From NCBI RefSeq assembly GCF_004010195.1, contig NC_057717.1, positions 102,454,849-102,518,848 on the forward strand: a stretch of 64,000 nucleotides of DNA, read 5' to 3'. The position numbers were made by a program, and so were the translations under genes. Source of the stretch: Chiloscyllium plagiosum (lineage: Eukaryota). Shown piece after piece: positions 36,683-49,784 of the stretch (its first letter is position 1; the number at the start of each line of letters is the position of its first letter). The notes beneath the pieces were generated by a model, which had not been told where the DNA came from, did not search any database, and saw only the letters and a program-made list of their open reading frames with translations.

Positions 36683-36940
36683 CCGGGTTCGATTCCAGCT
36701 TCGGGCAACTGTCTGCATGGAGTTTGCACATTCTCCCCGTGTATGTGTGTGTACCCTCCGGGTGCTCTGGTTTCCTCCCACATTCCAAAGATGTGCAGGT
36801 CGGGTGGATTGATACATATTAGATTGCCCATAGTGTTAGGTGCATTAGTCAGACGGAAATGGGTCTGGGTGGGTTACTCTTCGGTGTGGACTGGTTGGGC
36901 CGAAGGGCCTGTTTCCACACTGTAGGGAATCTAACCTAAA
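36680..36940 (+). mobile_element. HE1-type SINE lacking its 5' end
   Basis: Begins cccgggttcgattcc, abutting the PLE. Confidence 0.85.
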
Positions 36941-36994
36941 CTTTGTCTGGAACCCCAATAACAGCGAGCTTCACATGGGGTCTGTTGCAGACTC

Positions 36995-37285
36995 TGCTAG
37001 CTGGAAGGACAAGGGCAACAAGATGCATGGGGACACCATCACCTGCACATTCCCCTCTGAGCCACTCACTAAACAGACTTGGAAATACATCACCGTTCCT
37101 TCACTGTCGTTGGGTCAAAATCCTGGAATACCCTCCCAAAGGGCATGATGGGTCAACCCACAACAGGTGGACTGCATCGGTTCAAGAAGGCAGCTCACCC
37201 CCACCTCCTCAAGGGGGAACTAGGGACGGGTAATAAATGCTGGGCCCAGCCAGCGACACTCGCACCCTGTCAAAGGATGCAAAGA
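36995..37285 (+). mobile_element. CR1/Jockey-group LINE 3' end
   Basis: SFTVVGSKSWNTLP...FKKAAHPHLLKG; same family as 49785-50770. Confidence 0.8.
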
Positions 37286-39409
37286 AGTAAGTTAGGACTC
37301 CTGGGAATGAATGGCTTTGATCCCATGAGAGCATCCAAGAACCAGGAGACAACTGGCCAACAAGTCCAAGGGGCAAGCCAAAGTAAAATTTCAGTGAAAA
37401 TTGGAGACCAAGAGGTAGGGACACAGGAAAAAGGAATAGATCATTTGGCCCTTCAATGTTGTTCCACCATTTGACATGATCAGGTTTGATCCTCCAACTC
37501 AAAGCCATAGCTAGATTTTCAAGACATTCACCTCAATTTTGGGGCACAATCAGAAAGTGCCTGGTTAGTGGAGAAAAGCCATGGCAAAATAATTACATTA
37601 ACAACACCACCTTTCACCCTCCAAGGACTCCCTCCTTGTTTAAAGTCAAGGTTATGCCGGGAAGCCATCCACATTTCCTTCAAACACAAGCTGAACATGA
37701 TTGAATCGGGAATGGATTAAGAAACAATGGCTTCGGTTAATTTTATCTTACGGGATCAAACTTCGAGCGATATTTTAAGCTGGAGCTGTATGACCTTGAA
37801 GAAAAGGAGACTGGGGGAGATCGGTAGAGTGGTACAAGATTGGAAAAACGAGATAAACAGAAACAGCTCCCATATCGCATCATACAAGGACTAGGCAAAT
37901 GGAGAGCATGCAAAGAAGGTCTGTTTTATTATTTAACATGTGGCAATGATCCAGGACCTTCATTCATAGGATGAGGGCATCATTGGCTAGGCCCTGCATT
38001 TCTTGGCCATCCTTGAATTTCCCAGAGTGCTGTTAAGATCTGGAGTCACATATCGGCCAGACCAGATAAGGATGGCAGCAAACGAGATGGACTTTCCCCC
38101 AACAGTTGACAATAAATTCATAGTAGACTCTTAATTCCAGGCCTTTATTGAAATCAGAACCCAGGTCCCCAGAACATTTCCTGGCTTTCTGGATTAACAG
38201 TCCAACAATAATACCACTAGGGCCATCGCCTCCTGCCTTGTGTCAAGATTTCAAAAGGATCTTGGACAGACACTTGAGGGGAATAAATCTACAGAATCAT
38301 GGGGAAATTGGGACCGAGTGAACTGCTGTACAGAAAGCCAGTCTGGACTGAATGGGCAGAATGGCATTTTTGACTCTATAACTCAAAGCCATGTAAGTGT
38401 CATTACCAGATTTAGACTTAGATATTATCGTCCCATGTACTCAAGTATAGGAGTACAGTGAAAGGCATTTAATGTCACCACATAGGGTGCCAACTTAAGT
38501 ACAAAGCTACCTCATTACAAAAAACTTAGGCTCAAAGTAGTAAAAGAAATGAAGTTTAAAACGTTAACCATTACATTAATAACAATAAATGTGCAGGATA
38601 TTCATGTAATGCTGGATGGCTTATCAGGCATTTGGTTCCAGAAGGTCAAGCGTTCACAGTTCAAGAACATTTCGTCTAAAGTGTTCTTCATTGTTTGGTT
38701 ATTAACATTGCCAACAAGTCACAATCCCTTTGCTTTTTAATTCTGTGCAGTATATTTAATGCTGCTGTGCAACCATGTACTGCAACTGAAGAGAGAACAC
38801 TTATTGCCACCCATACTTCCATATGCAACACAATTAGTTTCAAGCGTGGCTGTTGATTAGTTAAATCAAGCAACAAAAACCTATTGTTCCATGTCTTTCA
38901 CCCATTTTAAAAGTGTTTTCTGATATTGTTTACAGTCTGGTATTTGGAAAACATGCAGTAACTCAAAACGAGACCCTCTGTGACATTTCCCAGAGCTGCA
39001 AAACCACCAACGTCAATTAAATGAAGTTCAACATCACTAAACAAAGGAGGGGAACAGCTGATCCTGACTGTAAGACCATGTAGATGGGAAGATAAACACA
39101 CACCATAAATAAGATACTATGTACTTCTCCAACAATGATGCAGAAACCGTTATTTTTCCTAAACACACAATCTCTCGATGGCCTAGAAGGACGGCGGCAG
39201 TAGAGTTTATGGGAGTACCATCTCACCAAGATCCCCTCCAAGCCACTCACCATCCTGATGAAGAAATTTATCGCCATTCCTTTAATGTCACCAGATCGAA
39301 TCCTGGACCTCCCATCTTAATCCCCAACAACTTTAATTTATTCATTCAGGGGATGTTGTCATCACTGGCTGGGCCAACATTTGTTACCCATCCATAGTTA
39401 GACCATTAA

Positions 39410-41280
39410 GACCAAATGACTATAAGATATCGGAGTAGAATTAGGCCATTTGGCCCATCAAGGCTGCTCTCCCATTCGATCATGGCGGATATTTTTCTCA
39501 ACCCCATTCTCTTACCTTCTCCTTGTAACCCTTGATCCCCTTACCAATCAAGAATCTATCTATTTCTGTCTTAAAGAAATTCAATGACTTGGCCCCCACA
39601 GCCCTCTGTGGCAATCAATTCCCCAGATTCCTCACCCTCTGGCTGAAGAAATTCCACCCGATCTCAGTTCGAAAGGGTCGTCCCTTCACCCTGAGGCTGT
39701 GCCCTTGGGTCCTTGTCTCTCCTACTGGTGGAAACATCTTCTCCACGTCCACTCTATCCAGAACCGTCAGTATTCTATAAGTTCAATCAAATCCGACCCC
39801 CCCAACTTCATTCTTCTGAACTCCATCGAGTACAGACCCAACATTCTCAACTGCTCCTCATATGACAAGCTGTTCGTCACTGGGATCATTCTTGCACATC
39901 TCCTCTGGACCCTCTCCAATGCCAGTATATGCTTCCTTAGATACAGGACCAAAATTGCTCACAATATTCCAAATGCAGTCACACTAGCGCATTATACAAC
40001 CTCAGAGTAAATCTCTGGTCTTGTATTCTAACCCTCTTGAAATGAATACCAACATTACATTTGCCTTCCTAACTGCTAACTGAACCTGCATGTTAACCTT
40101 AAGAGAATCCTGAAATGGACTTACAAGTTCTTCTGTGCTTTAGATTTCCGAAGCCCTTCCCCATTCAGAAAACAGTCTATGCCTCTATTCTTCCCATCAA
40201 AGTGCAGAGCCTCACACTTTCCTATATTGTATTCCATCTGCCACTTCTTCATCTGTCATCTGCAAAATTAGCACCAATGCCCTCAGTTCCTCTGTCCAGC
40301 TTGTTAGTGCATTACAAGACACGCACGAGGATTCCTAGAAGCCTGACATTCCAACCGGAATTCTATCAACAAACACATCGAGTCAGACCCCATCTACCAC
40401 CCCCGAGAAAAAGAACAGGAAGTGACTTCACCGCAGGAAATTACATCACCATGGGAAATGACATCACCAACCCAAAGAAACCCAAACATATAAATAGAAA
40501 ACAGGAATTATTAGCAGTACTTCGCCTGAGGCCCACTGAAGATGTAATCTAGTAGGGTGACGAAACGTCTGGAAATGAACCTCCCAGCTCAGTGAGCAAA
40601 CCTACATCCGGAGCATAACGTGAATGGTTGTAGTCCCAACACTGACCCCTGGCAAACTCCACTAGTCACTGGCTGCCATCCTGAAAATAACCCCTTTATC
40701 CCTACTCTCTGCCTTCTGCCAGTCAGCCAATCCTCTATCCATGCCAGTACCTTGCCCCAAACACCATATGCTCTTACCTCCTGTGCGGAACCTTGTCAAA
40801 GGCCTTCTGAAAATCCAAATAGATCACGTCCACTGACTCTCCTAGTCTAACCTGCTCATTACTTCCTCAAACAATTCTAACAGATTTGTCAGGCATGACA
40901 CCCCTTGACAAAGCTATGCTGACTCAGCCTTATTTAAAATGCACTTCCAAGTGCTCCGCAACCTCATCCTTAATAATGGACTTTAAAATCTTACCAACAA
41001 CCAAGGTCAAGCTAACCAACCTATAGTTTCCTGTTTCTCGCCTTCCTCCCTTCTTAAACAGGGATGTTAAATCAACCACTCTCAAGTCCTCTCTCTGACT
41101 CCAGTCCTGAAAGATCACCACCAATGCCTCCACAATCTCAACTATCTGCTCAGGAATCCTGGGGTACAGTCCATCTGGTCCAGGTGACTTTTCCACCTTC
41201 AAACCTTTCAGCTTCCTCGGCATCTTCTCCTTAGCGATGGCCACCTCACTCACCTCTGCTCCTGACTCTATTGAAGAGTC
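39410..41280 (-). mobile_element. CR1 LINE, long decayed copy with internal deletions
   Basis: LKVEKSPGPDGLYPRI, GNYRLVSLTLVVGKIL, LERVQRR; 3' tail near 39410. Confidence 0.9.
40318..40610 (+). mobile_element. PLE family C 3' end inserted in CR1; hammerhead 40533-40572
   Basis: Homologous to 10665-10951; cca-CTGAAGA...GAAA-cg-TC-tgg. Confidence 0.85.
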
Positions 41281-42144
41281 GCTTTTGAGAATGTGGTGGT
41301 GAGCTGCCTTCTTGAACTGCTGACGACCGTGTGCTGTAAGTTGACCCTCAATGCTGTTGGGGAGGCAATTCCAGGATGTTGACTCAGCAACACTGAAGGA
41401 AAGGCGATGTATTTCCAAGTCAGGATGGTGAGTGGCTTAGAGGGAAAGGAGTTCATGAAGGCAGTTCATCACCACCTTCTCGAGAGCAGTTAGGATATGG
41501 CCCAGCCAATGAAGTTCAGATCTCATGAATATGAGTACAAAAAATAATATTGAGAATACATGACAGATACTAATGTGGATGCTGTATTGAAATCTGAAGC
41601 TCAAACCAAAGTCTGGCTAGTAGACAGGACAACAGCTTGCATTCACAACACCTTTAGCACTGGAATGTGCCCCATGGTGTATCACTGGAGGGTTTATCAG
41701 ACATGTTTTGACACCAGTGCCACCAAGGAAATATTTAAGTCGGTGACCAAATGGCTGGTCAAAGTGGCAGATTTGAAAGATTCACTTGCAAAAAGAAAGA
41801 ATGAGGTTTTCTGAAGAAATGTCAGATGTGGCGGCCTGGACCAACACACATTGGTAAATTCCAGTTTTTCTTTTGGGTGCTGGTAAGAGGAACATAAAAA
41901 CTAGGCACAGGCAGAGGCCATTCAGCCCTTCAAGCCTGCTCCATCATTGGATACGATCGTAGCTGATCTCCCCTGAGCCTCAACTCCACTTTTCTGCCTG
42001 CTCTCCATATTTGTTTCCATCACGAATTGAAAATCTGTCCATCTCATTCTTAATTCTGTGTCCTAGGGGAGTGTAGAGATCTTGGAGGGTTTTGGGCATT
42101 GAAGGAGTTTAGATTTTGGGAGGATGTTGATGGCTAGCCATTAT

Positions 42145-42478
42145 AGGCAGCATGGTGGCTCAGTGGCTAGCACTGCTGCCTCACAGCGCCAGGGACCCAG
42201 GTTCAATCCCAGCCTTTGACGACTGTCTGTGTGGAGTTTGCACATTCTCCTCTGTGTCTGCGTATGTTTCCTCCCACAATTCAAAGCTATGTAGGTTAGG
42301 GTGGATTGGCCATGCTAAATTGCCCCATAGTGTTCAGGGGTGTGTAGGTTAGGTGCATTAGTCGGGGAAACTGTAAATTTATCAGGAAGGGGAATGGGTT
42401 TGGGTGGGACACTCTTCAGAGGTTCAGTGTGGGCTTGTTGAGCCAATGGCCCATTTCCAAGCTATAGGATTCCATGAT
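42145..42478 (+). mobile_element. HE1-type SINE
   Basis: A and B boxes, body, tail. Confidence 0.9.
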
Positions 42479-43149
42479 AAAATTGCAATGCTAATTTTTG
42501 AACTACACATCAAACAAAAAGGGCCCATCTGTATAGCTCAATGCAGTGCTTAAAACTCAGCCTTTCCCACACTGAAGCTTTCCTTTAAAACAGTAGATTC
42601 TATTTAAAACAAACGTTATATGGCTCACAGCAGGACGAATTGTCAATTACTTCCATTGAAATTGGTTATTTAAATGCGAGTTTATAGTGGTCCGGGTCCA
42701 AATATTTTTAAACCAGTGTGGGTTTTCTGATTACAGAGAGAGGGTGTATGGAAATATCGCCAAGGGGCTGATAGCCAAATTCATCAACACGCAACACCCT
42801 TGTGCAGGCAATATGACCTCTCTCCAAGTCTTTTTTAGTTTTCATTAACATGTGGAATGATAGACTGGAGAATAAACCCAAGCTGCAATCCTTCATGGGT
42901 ATCTGACAAGGTGGATGTAACTATGTAGTTGCACTTGCCGAGAGAGTTTCAGCACAGAGACAAGGGCAGTCATGAGAGCTCAGCATGGGCAGCCCCTGTG
43001 GTTGTATTAAAACACTGACAATCTTAAATCGATGCTCTCACTAATGTTGTGAAATTTCCCAGCAATGCAACATGGAGGATTTCTGCAATTGAAATTGATG
43101 CCATTTCTGAAAGGTTTAAACGATAAAGATGACCCTGTTAACATTAAAG

Positions 43150-43410
43150 CGGAAGTGGGTACGACAGGTGCTGGAGACTGGAGTCAGGATTAGAGTGGGG
43201 TGCTGGAAAAGCACAGCAGGTCAGGCAGCATCTGAAAATCCATGTTTCGGGCAAAAGCCCTCATCAAGAATGAGTCTGGGAATCTCGGAGATGGAGAGAT
43301 AAATGGGAGGGGGTGGGGCTGAGGGGAAGGTAGCTGAGAGTGCAATAGGTGGATGGAGGTGGGGGGTAAAGGTGGTTGGTCGGAGAGGAGGGTGGAGAGG
43401 ATAGATGGCC
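43150..43410 (-). mobile_element. PLE family B 3' end, decayed hammerhead
   Basis: gctggaaaagcacagcaggtcaggcagcatc...tttcgggcaaaagccctcatca plus purine-rich UTR complement. Confidence 0.85.
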
Positions 43411-43449
43411 ATCTGTTAACATTTTTTAGCTCAAACCGTTCTAATCCTG

Positions 43450-43640
43450 GCCACATCATGTAAGTCTTATCTGAAACCGTTCACTTTTCCCAACATCCTT
43501 CCTACAGCAGGGAGACCAGAACTGCACACAGTATTCCAAAAGTGGCCTAACCAATACCCTGTACAGCTGCAACATGACCTCCCACCTCCTATACTCAATG
43601 CTCTGACCACTGAAGGTAAGCATACCAAACATCTTGTAAA
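43450..43640 (-). mobile_element. CR1 internal fragment
   Basis: LVRPLLEYCVQFWSP. Confidence 0.9.
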
Positions 43641-44329
43641 CGGCCAACTCTTTATTCTGAGACCAGGACTATGTTTCAATGAGGTTACGTCTAGGGAATA
43701 TAGGTGAGTCTATTCTTTTTAAAGCCTACTAGCAGGTAAATCTTACAAAAGAGGAAACCTTACTACAGATGAGCAACTTGAACAAGTTTTGCTGAAGCTT
43801 CCATTTTGGAAAATAAAAGTCGAGAGCAAACTTTTTAAATTTGAAAATCGTTTTGCAATCAAATAACATTCGAGAGCTCACTGCTGTCTCTGAATTATTC
43901 TAGTTGTTCTTTGAAAAGTAACAAGAACATTTAAAAACAACCATATGCGCTGAGACATAAACAGGTTAATATTAAAGGATCATCGATAGCTTCTCTCCCT
44001 TAAACTGACTCTGGAGAATCCTGTTTAACTAGGTTCCAGATGGTGCCAGGCTTTACAAAGAGGAACCATTACCATTGGGACCAATCTGAAATCGACCATA
44101 ATGCTCTTGAGTATTTTTAATTTCCTTTCCACTTGTTTTGAATCCATTGCTGATAACCTTCTGAACGTTATATTTACTACCAGAAAGGCAAGTCAGGGGA
44201 AAGTAGATGGATGGAATTATATGCTCAACTATTATCAAGTGCATCAGTAAATATTAGTCATTCAGTAAGCTCTGCAGTATATACATTTTCTTTAAGTTTC
44301 TTCTCTTTTTCTGGCATGTCGTGCATCTC

Positions 44330-44500
44330 CCATTTTTATCACTCCACCATTGGTAGCCCTGTCTTCAGCTGCTTAGACCCTAAGCTCTGGAACTCTCACC
44401 TGAAAGCTATCTCCAACTCCCTATCTCATCAAAGAAGGTGCTTAAGACTTATATCTTCTCCCAAGCCTTTAGTCACCAGCCCTAATGCCACCTTTCCTGG
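44330..44500 (+). mobile_element. L2-type LINE ORF2 C-terminus relic
   Basis: STIGSPVFSCLDPKLWNS...LKTYIFSQAF resembles the L2 pattern GxRAFS..P.LWNSLP...LKT.LF..AF. Confidence 0.65.
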
Positions 44501-45431
44501 GTCATGTTATTCTCTCCCTTGTTCCTGTTACCTTAAAATCGACTGAGAAAAGGCAGGATAGTGGATGTGAGGAATGTTGGATCAGCCATAATCCTACGAA
44601 ATGGGGGGACACGTTGGGTGGCCAACTCCTGTTTCATATACTCCTATGGTCCTGTATTCCGGGGAAGTCTGTTGGGAGGATTTACTTTGCTGAAGGGCTG
44701 TATGAATGCAGGTTGCTATTGGTTGATCCCTGCATACGAATGGCAATGGTGCAAAATGCAGTAAGGAAGGAGGGGGGTGGGCATTGGTCAGTGCCACTGA
44801 GCGATAGCCAGGGTGGGGGAATCCAAACCAGCAGGAGCTTGAGATGAGCCACTTGCAGTATTGGATAGGGATCATCCTCCCCACCTTTCTGTTTCGTTTG
44901 GTTTGCCCCCCACCCTGGGCCACTGCACTATAACAAAAAAATACCAAGAATAGAGGGACCAAAGCCAGAAATTAGCCTGAGATTTGCCAAGCCACAACAG
45001 CTGTGACAGTTAGCTCTACACAAGTGTCTGCAAGTTACCTAAAGTCTTAAAAACTCCACATGCACGAAAAAAGCCTTGCATTTATTTTGGCTTTCCTGAA
45101 AGGATCAGTTCTAAGGAATTTACTCAAGCGCTTACAAATGGAGAAAGTCCAATTGGCAAGGTACAACGCGGTAGCGTCGTGAACTTGTGAAATTTGTATC
45201 TGGCTCAAGTCCACTTTGGATTGCTTGCCTGCAGCCTCTGCACTCCTGCCTGAGATGAAATAGCTGGGAATCCTGTGAAGTGTCTGGAATGGTTGCTGGA
45301 TAACCTAAGCCCCACCCACATTCTGCCAAACCAGCCGACTGGGGAAGGGTCAAACTAACATTTGCGTCACATCAACAGAGGATCCCTCCCCCACAAACCG
45401 AACTGCTAACGTGAAATCCGATTATCAAAAT

Positions 45432-45772
45432 TGGGGGCGGCACGGTGCCTCAGTGGTTAGCACTGCTGCCTCATAGTGCCAGGGACCCGGTTTCAATTCC
45501 AGCCTTGGACGACTGTCTGTGTGGAGTCTGCACATTCTCCCTGTGTCTGAGTGAGTTTGCTCCAGTTTCCTCCCACAGTCCAAAGATGTGCAGGTTAGGG
45601 TGGATTGGCCGTGCTAAATGGTCCATAATGTTCAGAGATAGATTAGGTGAATTAGTCAGGGGGTAAATGTAGAGTAAGAGGGGAATGGGTCTGGGTGGGT
45701 TACTCCTCGGAGGGTTAATGAGGACTTGTTGAGCCGAAGGGCCTGTTTCTGTAGGGATTCGAAGATTCTATG
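45432..45772 (+). mobile_element. HE1-type SINE
   Basis: Head, body, tail. Confidence 0.9.
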
Positions 45773-46019
45773 AAAATTGACACCAAACATATACGGAGAG
45801 GCAAGCCCGTTGGAATTTCCAGTGTCCTGAAAAGAATTTCGGAAGGCAATTTGGAAAGCGCACCATATAAGAAGGGAAGGAGGGAGACAGTCAGAAAGCT
45901 CGGTGACAATTGAAAGATTACAAATCTGCTAACAGACAAATGTAGCAAATTAATCAAGTTATCAGACCAAAGATTCAGCTTAAGAATTATTCGAGTGCGT
46001 TGACGCGTTAGCAAAAAGC

Positions 46020-46870
46020 TCCCCATTTGCAGTAGTGTCCAAGTTATGAAGAGGATGTAAAGAATCTGTCAGGGGATACGGACAGGTTACATGAGTAGCC
46101 AAATTATTGGCAGATGAAGAATGGACTGGGGAAGTGTGAATTTCCTCTGCTTGGCAAGGACAGCTGCATATTAGTGAAGTAGGGAGAGATCTCAGAACTT
46201 TACTTTTCAAAGGAGGCCTGGCACAGGAAGCAGAAAATGTTCGTGTAAAGGCACAGCAAGTGATTCGGAACACAGGTTTATTAGAAGAGAAATGAAAAAT
46301 AAAAATAGGCAAGTTATTCTGTAGGTGTACAGGACTTTGAGGAGACCACATCTGAATTATTGTCTGTAGCTTTGGTCTCCTTATTTAAGAAAGGATATAA
46401 TTACATTTGACTCAACCGTCTCCTGGGATGAAAGGTTGATCCAATGAGGAAAGGTTGGACTGGTTTGTCCTGTAGCCATTGGAAGAATAAAAGATGATCT
46501 TAATGAAACCTAAACAGTATTAACATGATGGATGTTGAAGGGATGTTTCCTCTGGTGGGAGAGTATCAAACTAGGGCAGGCTGTGTAAAAGCAATGACGT
46601 CCCATTTAGGACACAGAAGAGAAGAATGGTTTTTTGTCAAAGGACCATTAGCCTGTGGAATTCTCTTCATCAGAGAGCTGGGGAGATGGGACCTTGCAAA
46701 GTTTTAAGCCAAAGTCGGATCAATTCTTGACCAACAAGGAAGTGAGTGGGGGTTGGAGGTAGATGGGAAAGTAGGGGCGAGACTACAATCAGATCACAAT
46801 CAGATCAGCCATGACCTTATTGAATGGCAGGATAGTGTGGAAGGGCTGAATGGTCTACTTCTACTGGAAC
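46020..46870 (+). mobile_element. Old CR1 3' fragment
   Basis: gagaccacatctgaattattgt (RPHLNYC), gatgttgaagggatgtttcc, atcagccatga...gaagggctgaatgg. Confidence 0.75.
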
Positions 46871-47610
46871 CCTACTGAGCCATGGATGTAACTCCTTTCC
46901 CAAACACAAGGCACTCTCCTCATTACAACTATGGACCCATCCATCTCCCTACTGGATGTTCCCTGGATTTTACTTGATTATTTACTGCCCTCTTGCTTAG
47001 ATGCATTGACTGAAACGTGTCCACAGTTCTAGTTGGGCCATCCTCCCTTCCATGCCTGGCTCTTCTTTTATGCCACTGGCTCTTCCACACATGAGTGAGC
47101 GCCAACAAGATATTCAATTGTGTGGGGCATCACAGCCAAAGGCAGTTCTGTCTTCCGGCAGCAGCAGGGAATCTCTACCTGGCTTTCCTGATCCCTGGGC
47201 ATTGAGAATCTAAACCGTGCCATCTGCCCTGAGACTAACTATTGCTGCACGCTAAAGTCAAGCTTGTGGCTTTGGGGATGTTTGGAAAACTAAGCAGTGT
47301 GGGCAAATGGGCCAAGAGGGAGGTAAGAGGATCTAGTTACTTAGATCAATGCTCATTCCACGATAGCCGTTGTGTAACCTGCTTCCCCAATTCAGGGCAG
47401 ATCAGGATACACAGCCAAACTTAGGAAGAATATGATAAAATTCTAACCAACACTGCTTTGGAAATTAGAATGGCCTTAATAGAATAGAATAACCTTTATT
47501 GTCATGTCCACCTGAATGAGCACAGTGAAAAGTTTGTTATGGCGCCTCTTGAGTACACGGTACCCAGGTACTGATACTTTAAGCATTGTTTCACAATTGA
47601 AGTGGGAAAA

Positions 47611-47798
47611 AAAAATCACACGACATCAGGTTATAGTCCAACAGGTTTATTTGGAAGCACTATCTTTCGGAGCACTGCTCCTTCATCAGGTGTTTGTGGA
47701 GAATAAGAGTGTAGGACACAGAATTTATAGCAATGGTTTACAGTGTGATGTAACTGGAATTATATATTGAAAAATACCTGAATTGTTTGTTAAGTCTT
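47611..47798 (-). mobile_element. PLE family A 3' end; hammerhead 47658-47692
   Basis: Reverse complement of 13450-13647; core CTGATGA...GAAA-ga-TA (AGCT palindrome mutated). Confidence 0.85.
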
Positions 47799-48199
47799 AA
47801 CAACACAAGGCCTCACTACTGAGGCACACTCCAGTTAATTATCATGATGTGCCTCCAACAGGATATATGATCAACATTGAGGTGTGCTGAGGTTGTCGCT
47901 ATGCTGTGGAAATGCAAATTCTCTCTTCTGCCTTTGAGCAGAAGCAATTTCAATGCAAGCAAAATCAAATGCGATCAGGCTGATGAAGCTGAGGGAAGGT
48001 TCACTTAATGTACAAAATCAGTTAATGCTTGTTAAAGTCACAGAGACATACAGCACGGAAACAGACTTTTCAGTCTAACCAGTCCATGCCAAACATAATC
48101 CCAAACTAATGTTGCTTACATTATCTTCCCATTAACACAAGTAACTGGATTTGGATATTGTGGTATTGAAAGATGAAACAGATGTTTGTTCCAGCTGGC

Positions 48200-48650
48200 C
48201 ATTATATGTAAACATTACATTCCACAGGCACATAAGTGTCTGGGTTAACATTGAGCTATCCTACTGTAGCAGAGAGCAGCTTGATTCCAGTAGCATATCA
48301 TGTTTCAAGTGAACCTGGGCTAAGGTGGAGTCTGAGACCTCTATATCCTTCAGGCCACATACTATGATATTGAGATGATGTAATGAGTATGTTTCTTTCA
48401 GAAACATTCTCACTGGGGGATATAACACAACACGTGGTTCTCCATAAGGAGATATTTTTTGGACCTCTCTGTCTCTGTATCTGACGATTTTTTCAACCTT
48501 TCTCATTAAAAAACTGGAATAGGAACCACAAGTTTTGTCAGACGTTCACCCCTATACTGCGGAATTTACTGAAAGTCTCAACAGCTTTTCTTAACTTGTT
48601 CCTTGAGTGTTCTTATTTTGAAGAAGTGATATTTTTAAATCATGTCAGAG
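48200..48650 (-). mobile_element. Ancient L2-like ORF2 relic
   Basis: Frameshifted FFNEK/VEKIVR and EVSDSTL...SSCSL resemble the L2 linker FF..KI..IR and VS...L......SSC.LD. Confidence 0.45.
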
Positions 48651-48819
48651 GACTGAAAAGCATTATGCTAAGTTTGGGTATGCATCATGGGCAAAATTTC
48701 CAGTTTTAGTGAATCCGATAAATAATTTAGCCTGTAAACGACTGTTGAGAATTGGTCTAAACTAATTATTACTGCCAGAAGTAATAACAATTATTACTGC
48801 CAGAAGTAATAGCAATAAT

Positions 48820-49306
48820 CTTGTTAATAAGCTGGAAAGGGTTTAGAAGAGATTCGCTAGGATGGTTACCGGGACTAGAGGGTTTGAGAGATAAGGAGTG
48901 GCTGGATAGACTGGGATTTCTTCACTGAAGCATAGGAAGCTTATAGAGGTTTATAAAGTCATGAGGGTTATAGATAAAATGAATGGCAGCTGTCTTTTCC
49001 CTAGAGAGGCAGATTTCAAGACTAGGGGACATATTTTTAAGGTGAGAGGAGAAAGATTAAAAAAACACGAGAGGCAACTTTTTTACACAGTGAGTGATTC
49101 GTGTGTGGAATGAGCTTCCAGAGAATGTGACAGATGTGGGGACAGTTGCAATGTTTAAAAGACATTTGGATAAGGACATGAATAGGAAAGGTTTGGAGGG
49201 ATATGGACCAGGAGCAGGCAGGTGGGACTAATTTAATTTGGGATTATGTTTGGCATGGACTGGTTAGACTGAAAAGTCTGTTTCCGTGCTGTATGTCTCT
49301 GTGACT
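48820..49306 (+). mobile_element. CR1 3' fragment
   Basis: Conserved 3' region ending gtctctgtgact. Confidence 0.9.
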
Positions 49307-49496
49307 TTAACAAGCATTAACTGATTTTGCACATTAAGTGAACCGTCCCTCAGCTTCATCAGCCTGATCGCATTTGATTTTGCTTGCATTGAAATTGCTT
49401 CTGCTCGAAGGCAGAAGAGAGAATTTGCATTTCCACAGCGTAGCGACAACCTCAGCACACCCTGCATCTCCTCACTGGGAAAGGCATTGCTGACAA

Positions 49497-49610
49497 AATT
49501 CTGATGAAAGATTCTTGACCTGCAGCATTAACTCTCTTTCCCTCTGCACAGATACTGCCTGACCTTCACATGCTTTCCACGTTCTTTCTGTGGATGTTTT
49601 ATTTCAAATT
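49497..49610 (+). mobile_element. Older PLE-like terminus (family D), decayed hammerhead; second copy 59862-59957
   Basis: ttctgatgaaag...cattaactct...cagatactgcctgacct versus ttctgcagaagggtc...gaaacattaactct...aatgctgccagacct. Confidence 0.55.
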
Positions 49611-49619
49611 ATGTAGAGT

Positions 49620-49780
49620 TGCTGAAACAATCTAGGCAACCTGCACAGCAATTTCCCACAAGCAGCCTTGATCAGATAATCTGGGTTTTCTTTCCCTTAG
49701 TGATGTTGGATTGAGGGTAAGAATTAACGAGGGGTGTCAAGAGACTTTATTCGTTCTCCTTATAAATAACGATACCATTA
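49620..49780 (-). mobile_element. Deu-domain SINE relic
   Basis: Minus strand cagattatctgatca...ttgtgggaaattgctgtgca, homologous to 29195-29260. Confidence 0.55.
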
Positions 49781-49784
49781 TGAT

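Larger units (their letters stand above)
47881..49461. repeat. 229-bp inverted duplication (47881-48109 / 49233-49461)
   Basis: Direct comparison: 5 mismatches counted by eye, no indels seen. Confidence 0.95.

Noticed and set aside
47975..48020. CTGATGA within the inverted duplication arm
   Set aside because: No hairpin plus GAAA downstream
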